NCBI GenBank assembly: GCA_016748015.1
Contig: JAAOMT010000424.1
Span: 19,384-82,243 of the forward strand
Direction of reading: 5' to 3'
Source of the DNA: Geosiphon pyriformis uo1
Lineage: Eukaryota > Fungi > Glomeromycota
DNA: 62,860 nucleotides
The position numbers and the translations under genes are program-made. The notes under the pieces were generated by a model that made no database searches, was not told the origin of the DNA, and saw only the letters and a program-made list of their open reading frames with translations. Below, one piece after another: positions 53,397 through 62,860 of the stretch; the first letter of the stretch is position 1, and every line of letters starts with the position of its first letter.

Positions 53397-56300
53397 TATT
53401 TATTTTTGATTATTTTTAATATTTTTGGGATTTTTGAAATTTTTTTATTTTTTTTATAATAGTATTTGATTGGTTATTTATTTTCTTATATAATAATAAC
53501 AATATTTTTTTTTATAAATAATATTGTTTTATTATAAAATAAAAAACTTATAAATTCATTATAATATTTTTTAAATTAACAAGAATTCTTTTAATATTTT
53601 AATATTAAATTAGTTTACAAAAAATTATTTTTAATATAATTAGATAATATTATTAAATATTCGAATATTTAAGATAAATATTTAAATTATTTACAATTAA
53701 TTTTTTTTTTTAAAAATAAAACTTAAGATAAATTTTATTATATCTTTTTTTGAACAATAATTTACACTTTTTAGATTATTTTTGTTTTAAAAAATAAATT
53801 TTAATTTAGCCAAAATAAAAAATATACAAAAATATACAAAGTTTATAAATGTAAATTATTTTTGAATTGGTTTTATTTTATCAGATTTTTTGCCAAAATT
53901 TTTTATTTTTTAAATTAATTATTTAAAAAAATTGTAAGTTATTATTAGAATACAATTTAGCAAAAAGTTTTTAATATTTTCAAAAAAACTGATTTTTAAG
54001 TTTATTTTAAAACAACTTAATTTGAACAAATTTTTATTAATTATACTAATATCTTAAGATTTTATTTTATTTCAGTTAATTAATAACAAAATAATAGTTT
54101 TAATAAAGCAAAATTATATAGTAATTAAGCAAAAATACTTAATAATTAAGCTTTAATTTAATTATAATATATTATTTTATAAAATAGATCTAAATTCAAG
54201 TAGCATCAGATTAAACAATTATTTTAATTATCAATTTTATATATATAAAAATTTGTCATAAAAAAATTATCCATTATGGAATTTCAGACTATTTTAGAAT
54301 ATTTTTGGCTAGTTTACTAATTTGGTTAATAATTAATTTAATATTTTTTGAATATAAAAAAGAAGACTAACTGAATTTGTTCTTACTTTTTCAAGTAGAT
54401 TAACACCAGTTATATATTAAAATTTCTTAATTAATTTTTGCTTTCTTAAAATTGTATTGTTTTTCTAAATATCTTTAATTATAACAGAATTTTAAATGAA
54501 ATTATTTTTTAAAAGTTTGTTATAATAAAAACTTGAAAGAAATCAAAAAATAATTTTAAAGTAATAATAAAAAACTATTTTTAAAAAAGCAATTGATTAA
54601 ATAAATCATTTATTGTATATATATTTTTATTTATAAACAAAATTTATATATATTTCAATTCTGAGAACTTGATTAATTAAAACAATATTTTTATGTTATT
54701 AAAATTTTTTTGAAATAATTCAGTTAAGTAAGTTATGAAATAAAGCAAAATTATAATTAATTATTGCATATATCAATTTTACTAATAATAAAATATTATT
54801 GGGTATAACTATTAGCATAGAAGCTTAAATGTATAATCAGATTTGATAATGGTAGACTATTTTTATATAAATAAAAATTCCTCTCTTATCATCAGAAGCT
54901 TAGAAAGAAATAAAAAGATTTTTGCTTAAATCTCTGGTTACGTTCAAGAATATTTTATTTCTTCAATTTTTTAATACTTTATAACATTCGTTACGCAATA
55001 TTAATTAAACTTTAAAAAGTATCTCAGAAGACTTGTGAGTTTTGATTTGGGAACTTCTTAATAGATTTTGAATAAGTTTGCGTTCAAATTCAAAAATTAT
55101 ATAAATCTTTTAAGAACACATTTAAATAAGTCACCTGTAAAATATGAAAAGAACAATAAAAAATATTATCAAAATTTTTTAACAAGAATTGCATTAAACA
55201 TTGTAATAAATGTTTATTTTGTAAATTAGTTGTTAATACAATTTTCGATTCTAAATTTAATATTTAAAAAACTATAAAAACTTGAATTTACTTAAAGAAA
55301 TTTATATTTTTTATTAAAAAATTAAAAAATTAATAAAATTCATAGAAATTAATTTTCCATATCGTATATCTTTAATATTTTCTTTATTGTGTATTCAAAA
55401 AAGAAATTAATTATTCTAATATCAAACTATTACATAGACAAGTTTGATGAAAACACTGATACAAAATATATCTGATTTCAAAGATCAAATTACAGTCATC
55501 AATTGTAGAATTATCGTTCATTAAAAATAAATATAAACTAATGATTAATAAAAGTTTAGAAAATTCCTTATCAATCATTTAGTAAAAAGTTTTTTACCAA
55601 ATATTAGTGTAATTTTACCTTAAACGTTCACAGTTTTTCACTCCTCAAATTAATTATACATTTCTATAAACAATAAATAATCGAAATTTTATATATTCAT
55701 TTAATGATTATTAAAGTTGATAATATAATAATTTTCTGAAAAAGGAAAATTCAAAGTAAAATCATTAAACTTAACCTAAATTTCTGTAATATAAATTTTT
55801 ACCCCTTTTAATAACCCTCTTTCAACGTCTTGATAACTAATAAATTCTAAATCGGGTTTTATTTAACATTTAGCTGCTTAAATTTTCCTTCTTATCCAAT
55901 CAACTCACAACAGTCTTAATCTACCCTTGATACTTATTTATTATCGCAATATTAAAGTTCTAAACTTCACTCCCCAATCGTAGATTTTAAGCCAGATGGG
56001 TTAAAAATAAAAAAATCATTTTTTCTAATTATGTTTAAGTCTAATCTATTTGTCTTTCATATAATTGTGATCTATTTTCTTTTCAGTATATTTGGTTGAA
56101 TTGTAATTCTTTTTACAAAATTCTTATTTCATCGAGGAGTTTGTGGTTTTAAGTTCAGCATTTATAAGAAACCAGAAATTTTTAATAATCTAGGAATCAG
56201 TTACTTTGAGGGTAAAAACATCGCTTATGCTTTATCCATTTTCCATATGAAATCCTTTTTTAGTGTAAATCGCCTTTGCGGTTTTTAAAGATCTTGAAAT

Positions 56301-56855
56301 CCCCTTTATTATGACGGTTCTAAAATAGTGCCAGATCGCGACAACATAACATGCAATCAACCTTTCCCGCATCGACCAATATCTATCAACTATTTTTTCT
56401 ACTTCTCCAACTTTATTCTGATCTATCGTTAATCCTTACCAGGTTTATTGCAGATCTTCAGTGCATTTCTTGGATTTGCTCGATCGAGTTATTTATCAAT
56501 CTTTATCAACCTTTTTTTTTGGCTATTTGTTTTTCTGTGGGCTCATTGTTTGTATGTTTGCAACTGATTAAAAAAAACCTGCTGCATCAGAGTTTTATTA
56601 AACTTTGGGTTTCATGTATATATGATGTTGATCTTTTCTTATGGCAACATCATTTCCTCTAAGATAATGAGTTTTGTTGAACTTTCTATTATTAGTTTAC
56701 CGCGGAAACATACGTGCCCAAACAAAATATTGCCATTGTCAAAATATGAACTAGAAACTAATTTTTTATTTGTTGAAAGGTCTCCTCCTTTTCACAGCTG
56801 CCTGTTGCCTGTTGTCTTTTCAATTTGTTTGCCGAGTCCCAATTTATGAACAATA

Positions 56856-58885
56856 ATGTATATTTTCGAAATAATTTCTACACCTTTTCTGGCGTTTCAC
56901 GTTTATAAAATTTTCGTGCTTTCTCTCTTTATTACCACGAGTTCTTATGCATTATACACACCTGGGGCACGTTTTGCACACACAGCAAATTTAATTGACT
57001 CGAAAATATATTTTCAAGGGGGAACTTTTTCAGGCAAAGAATTCTATGGGGACTTCTTTTACGCTGATCTCGCTGGAAATTTCACGCCTTCATCTGATTC
57101 ATTCACATCTATTGATAAGAATGGCACAGGAAACCCTGGAATTTCTTGGGGAACATCCGTCACCACAAAGGATGGGGAAATTTTAGTTTTTGGCGGTGTC
57201 AAGGTAGATCCAAGCAATATTTTTTCAATTCAAGTCGAAATTGGTGATGATGTGGGCTTAACTTTTTCTAACCTTTCAAACGTTCACTACAGAAAGATGA
57301 CTCAGGTAACATAACACTAGCAAAAGGCCTATTCAACATTGACTTCCCCAGCAATCGTTCTTGGAATGTCATAGATGTTTCCGGGAATACAGCTCCAGAT
57401 AGCCGCCGTAACTTTCAAGCAGTGATAAATTCTGTTGACGAAATCTTTGTATTTGGTGGCTCCTCCCAAAAATCAACTCTGGCTACGCGAGGAAATCTTG
57501 ACTATCAAATGTATAAATATAACACAAGAAAGGATTTTTGGGTAAAGACTCCATGGAATAATCCGAAAAATATTGACACTTCCACTTTGCCTGGGTTTGA
57601 TTTTACGGCAACCTTTTTGGAGGATGATACTACAATTATATTTATTGGGGGAAGAAAGCCGAACGGAAAATTAATGGAAATGAATCAGGTTTGCATTTGA
57701 CAATAATTTTTCCTTTCCATAATAATTTATTCTTGACCTTATGTATTTGTTTAATCGACGTTTTTAGCTTTGGCTATATAACACCCAGAGAGGGGAATGG
57801 TCTTCACAGGTCGGGATGATTTTGTTTTTCGATCCAAGACTTTAAAGTCTTAAATAAATTCCTTCTATTTTATAGAATGTATCTGGTGACACTATAAAAC
57901 CTCGTGCAGCTCATTCTGCGGTATTAGGTAAGCTTAAGCGTTTGGAAAGAAATTAATTTATCTCAAAATTATCTTCATCATGATCCTTTCCATTTTTCGG
58001 TGATGATCAGCGAAAAATCCCAACCGAATCATTGTGTATGGTGGTATTGGTGACTCATCATTGGATACCCAAGACAGCCTCGCGGTTTTGGATATTAACA
58101 GTTGGACATGGTCAAATCCATCGGTCAATAATAATAATCTTCCCGTCCCATTATATCATACTGCCACATACTTTACAGAATATATGATTGTGACCTTTGG
58201 TGAATAATTATCTTAACAATTTTTAACAATTTTTCTTTTTAACTAACAGAATTTTCAATATTTAGGGTGTGCACCAGCTGGAAACACTTATCAGCCAATT
58301 GTCAAAAACCTTATATCCATTCTAGACACATCCAATAACACTTATAAATGGGTCAAAAAATACACCGTCCGATCAAATTCCACAACGAACCAAAAACCAC
58401 AAGTGACCATCACAAACACCATATTAAATCGTCAACGTCAAAAAGCTAGTCCTTCAAAAATTGGGGGAACAGTGGGTGGTGTCTTATTGCTAATAATAGT
58501 TTGTTTCATTGTCTTTTTCTATTGCCGAAAAAAGCAAGAGAAAGACGTTCATGATCCTGAAAAACCCCTCCGAAATTCACGAGCATTTAATATAAGTTCA
58601 CCATTTATGGGAAAGAGATTCAGCTCGTCTACTCCCTCTCGACCTCTTAGACAAATCAGTCAATATTCTAAAGGTTATGAAGGGAGTATTGCCGGTTCTT
58701 TTGACAGCCAGGATTTGAATGATATTTATCACAAAGCTCCTCCTGTCATAACGACTACTTCCGTGGCAGGGCCGAGAATCACTGAGCTGCCGCCGGCACA
58801 CTCCAAGGATTTCTTTGATCCAGATTTTGGGACAGATTCACTGGTGACTTCTAATTCTGCTGAATCTTTCCATCATGCTTTATAA
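56856..58885 (+). CDS. Spliced Kelch/galactose-oxidase beta-propeller single-pass membrane protein
   Basis: Hydrophobic N-terminus; RFAHTANLIDSKIYFQGG, FVFGG, IFIGG, RAAHSAV, IVYGG; TM GGTVGGVLLLIIVCFIVFFYC-RKK; GT-AG introns ~57204-57292, 57689-57767, 57810-57875, ~57928-58010, ~58200-58265. Confidence 0.88.
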
Positions 58886-59574
58886 TACAGTGTACCAGTA
58901 GATTTTATCCTTATATGTTTGATTTAATGATGAGAAAATTTTGATTGCTCCAAAGGATAAAATGGATAACCAAAGTTGTATGATGAAACAATACAAATGA
59001 AAATTATTGTAACGAGGTAATATTGTCTTTATAAATTGTGGACAGATTAAGTTTATTGGAGGGGGAGAGCAAAATTTTTTTCTCAACACTCCCATATTTA
59101 GTTGCTTCAATATCCGTTAAGCAAAATAATCAGTAATTTAACGGATTTTCCGGCCAAAATTTTTAGAATAAAACTTTCTATTTCAAAAAGATGAATGACA
59201 AATTTCTGAATTGAACAAAAGGCAATGAAATTTTCAAGAAATATCATCCCAGCATTTTAAAAGATAAATTAAAAGCAAAGAGTTTTAAAAGGAAGGAAAA
59301 AAATTTTTAGTTATGTTTTGAAAAACTCGTTTTATAATTGAATGAGTTATATTAAGATTGATCATATTTTCTGCTCCCACAGAACAATCGAATAATTCCA
59401 TTATTTGAAAACAAAACTTGCATAAATTTGGTTAAAAATTTTAAAAATGACAATTTATTCAAATATTCTGATATTTGAAAACAAAAGAGAACGGCGCAGG
59501 AATATTTTGTGCTTGCAGGTTTCAAACTAGCAATGGTGTAGGCTATACAAAATGATCTAACAGCTTTAACTAAT

Positions 59575-61317
59575 TTATATAAACCTCTCCTTAGCCTCTC
59601 TATTTATCACTTGCGTAGAATGTCCGTGGCCATTAATCAAATCGGTTCGCAAATTCACGTGACTTCTGCGTCTGCGCCTAAGCATAATAAAGGCCACGAC
59701 AATGCCAATAGCAACACCAATCACCACTAAGCCAATTACAATATATTTAGTTGATAAGAACTTTGAAGTTTGTTGAGTAGGTTGTGTCTGTACTGGGGCT
59801 GTGTCTGTGTCTGTTGGTGTTGAGTTTGAAATGGGGTTGGTGTCGGAAGAATTATAGCTGGTTACCCAGGTAAATGGGTCTTTGCTGATATCAAGAATCC
59901 ACAAACTATTGCTACCTTTCATATCTTTATTGTATTGACCTATGTACATCAATATTCAATAATTTAGATTTCCCAGAATGAAAATAATTTCAAGTAAATC
60001 AGATTTATGAATTAACATACCAAAAGCTACAATCATTAAATTCTTAAATAAGGTTGCCGAATGATGTCCCGGAATCAAAATCGGTGGATTAATAGTAAGT
60101 GGTTGTGACCATGTAAATGTCCTAGTATCGAGAATTATGAGGGCATTTGCGGGATTAAGTGGAACTAAGGAAATGCCTCCATATATAATTATACGGTATC
60201 CATCTGGTGCTTCAGTGGATAAAAAGAATAGAGTTGAAAAGTGTAAAACCTAAGGATACATCAACTATTTATTATAGAAAAATAAAATTTTACCAAGAAT
60301 GGCACTATGAGCTCCTCGATTTTGTATACCTGATAGTCCTTTTGCGGTCTGTAAATAAATTGAATTATTAGAAAATAGAGAATGAGGTTTCACTTTTTGA
60401 AAAATTTACTTACAATGGTACGCCAAGGTGATGAGCTTTGACTATTATTTATATCATATATTAGAATCTGTCAAATAAATAAACATTTTTTTTTCAAGAT
60501 TTAATTCACGAAAGTGAAATAAATTTTCAAAATCTTTCATTACTCAACTGAATTGATATCAACGTATGTCGCATTATTATCCCATCCTCCAATTATTACA
60601 ATTTTTGAATCTTGCAACAATGTAGCTGAATAACCAAGCCTAGTTTCCGGTGCATCTATTGGATTATTCTGTGACCACGCATTGATACTCGAGTCGAAAA
60701 TATACATTTTCTTATCAAAGTAAGCTGTTAGATTAACCATTCCTCCCCAAATATACATTCTTCCTTTATTATCGACAATACTAGGAATGTGTGTCCGATT
60801 TATTGGACCATTTTCTTCGTTTATAGATTTAACTAAAGAAAAATCTGTAGACCTCTTTGTAATGTTTATTGTGAAAAGTAGGGGATTGTCTTGCCAAATT
60901 TTCAAGTTATAAAACTACAAAATTTGTTATTTGAAGATGTTTTTGATTAATATTGAGATTTTTTCAAAATTAAAACGAAAATGCAGTGCTTACTCTACCA
61001 CCGAATAAAAGTAACTTTGCACTTCCGTTTTCACTATTTTCTATCACAATCGATGAAAAATATCGAAGCGGTGGAAAATTATCCAAGCTGTCAATATTTA
61101 CAAACGGTGGATTAGATGTGGTAAAGTTGACTGAAAGATCAAGATAAAAGTATTGGTTCGTTGTTTTATTTCCTCCTCCGAAATAGTAGATTCTATTATC
61201 TATTAAATTAGAAGTTTGGCCCCATCTTTCTGATGGAATTATGTATGAATTGACAGATTGAATGAAATGGGAAGCGGCTAGGACTAGAAAGAGAACGTAT
61301 TTTCGAAGTTTTTTCAT
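59575..61317 (-). CDS. Spliced Kelch/galactose-oxidase beta-propeller single-pass membrane protein (paralog)
   Basis: Signal peptide MKKLRKYVLFLVLAA; YYFGG, YIWGG, VIIGG, IIYGG; T/P-rich stalk; TM followed by RRRRR; five introns at positions similar to the neighbouring gene. Confidence 0.88.
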
Positions 61318-61679
61318 CGTGATTATTGAAAATTTTTCTTTATGAATATTCTTCTTTTCTCAAGATAGCTTTAAATTATGAAAATAGAAACAAAGCTTTA
61401 GCAAAGACAAAGGTGAGAATTTGTACTATTCTATTTTGTGTTAGATGCAAAAGATTTATTTTATGAAAAATTCAGCTTAAAAGGCTTGCGGGGGGAAACA
61501 CGAAAGTTCTATTATAAATGTATATCCTTCATTTTGTATGTAATAGGTAAGGCAGAGATCTCAAAAAGAATATTCTTATAGTGGAATGTTTAAAAATTCT
61601 TATCGGTTTATATTTTTAACTTGCTTTTTAAGACGAATTTCTATTATAGTTACCCAATTACCTAATAATACAGCTGGTA

Positions 61680-62324
61680 CTTGTTTCTTTCGTCAGGCCG
61701 GACTACTCGTCAACCATAGAATTTCGATATTTTTTTGCCCAAGTGACTCGGCGTTTTTTGTACGTAGGTGCAAACCGTAGTTTTTTGCGTTTATTAATTC
61801 ATGCTGCTGGAGTATAAGCCATACACTTTCCACTAATAAATGGACTCCTAGGCCAGTTTGTTGTTGGGTTTCAACGGTGGCGAAGATTTTCGGCGTTGCA
61901 TTCATAATGATCGTGGGCGGTCAGGTTTTGGTGTGTCATTGAGGCTCCTGGTTTCTTCTTTATTTTTACAGATGCTTAAGATCGAAGCAACGGCTACCTG
62001 CTCTATTGCAGCGATTTCGCAGATTGTATATGCTTCTTCTTGTAGTCTATATATTCGCTTGCGTTTTTCTTGTGGAAATCGAGGCATTGAAATAGAAAGA
62101 GTTGATTAACAATGTTGTGTGAGATGAAAAAAATTATTCTATTTATATTTAAAGCATCTATTTTTATCTTTAGGTCATTTCGTTTGCTATAATTAACTGA
62201 ACGCGGTAAAGATTTTAAATAGCAAAATTTTTAATTTTAACCTAACGGTTTAGAGAAAAAGAAATAAAAGCTACGTTTAATTTCTCGCCTTTTTTTCGTG
62301 TTCAGTTTCTTTTATGAGAGACTG
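61680..62324 (-). mobile_element. 5' fragment of a Tc1-like transposon (HTH region, frameshifted)
   Basis: TA-CAGTCTCTCATAAAAG end at 62324; MPRFPQEKRKRIYRL..EIAA..KPDRPRSL; KKRRVTWAKKY. Confidence 0.7.
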
Positions 62325-62464
62325 TAAATCAATGAGTCATTTATGGGCATTCTCCATGGCAACCAAGCCGCAAATATTTTCGCCAAATCACTGAGAAAGC
62401 AATGAGTATAATAGCTAAGGGCTTAGGATTTTGTAAAAGCCACACAATAAAAAGAATATAAAGT

Positions 62465-62860
62465 GTGAAGCCATCTGTTTCCTAAATAAGTTTAATCTCT
62501 TTATTAGGTCACTAAATATCTCAAGCCTAATTATTCAATTTTTATTAAAAGATATCTATATCGCGTTTAACAAAAGATAAGTCACAGAAACTGTTAACGG
62601 GCTTATGAACCATATTTCATTTTTATAATTGTTGAAACGTTTCTACATAAATATTGTCGGTTTGAATTAACATTAATATTTTTGATTCACATACAATGAA
62701 ATCCTATTTTCGTATTGAGTTTCTCAACTAAAAATTTAAAGAAACCTTTTTTTTAAAAAATCTACTATAAAAAACAAAGGCTATTTTGAATATAGCTATT
62801 TTTATTTTGAAATCGAATTTCAGAATAAACAGGTTTTAAAATTTCTATTTGGCAAAAAAA
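62465..62860 (-). repeat. Right copy of window-terminal inverted repeat
   Basis: Reverse complement of 1-395. Confidence 0.95.

Noticed and set aside
53400-54800. Extremely AT-rich stretch
   Set aside because: Probably an old TE relic, but no assignable homology is visible.
56351-56849. Short ORFs upstream of the Kelch gene
   Set aside because: No motifs; probably promoter or UTR sequence.
1-62860. Polinton/Maverick or Starship
   Set aside because: No pPolB, packaging ATPase, capsid or tyrosine recombinase is visible; the integrases belong to LTR elements.

Overview
AT-rich eukaryotic DNA, most likely from a Glomeromycotina fungus. This is inferred from the intron style, the Kelch-TM genes and the TE families. 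The whole window is bracketed by a ~395-bp inverted repeat that is identical for about its first 358 bp. The left arm holds a 99/66/100-bp satellite with two N gaps, a probable false duplication and a truncated unknown ORF. The centre (~7.3-54.8 kb) is a nested retroelement stack with heavy C>T/G>A decay. It contains two RNase H-bearing LINEs, three full-length Ty3/gypsy elements with LTRs and 4-bp TSDs (one carrying dUTPase), a solo LTR, and an older dUTPase gypsy that, together with its host LINE, is split by an apparent ~37-kb inversion. The right arm holds two Tc1/mariner remnants (one containing a Nextera adapter) and a convergent pair of spliced Kelch-repeat membrane-protein genes. The gypsy elements are unusually organised: a UUUAAAC -1 frameshift site, Cys-rich inserts after the protease, integrase as a separate ORF, an extra ORF3 and a conserved motif before the PPT. 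All alignments were done by eye.
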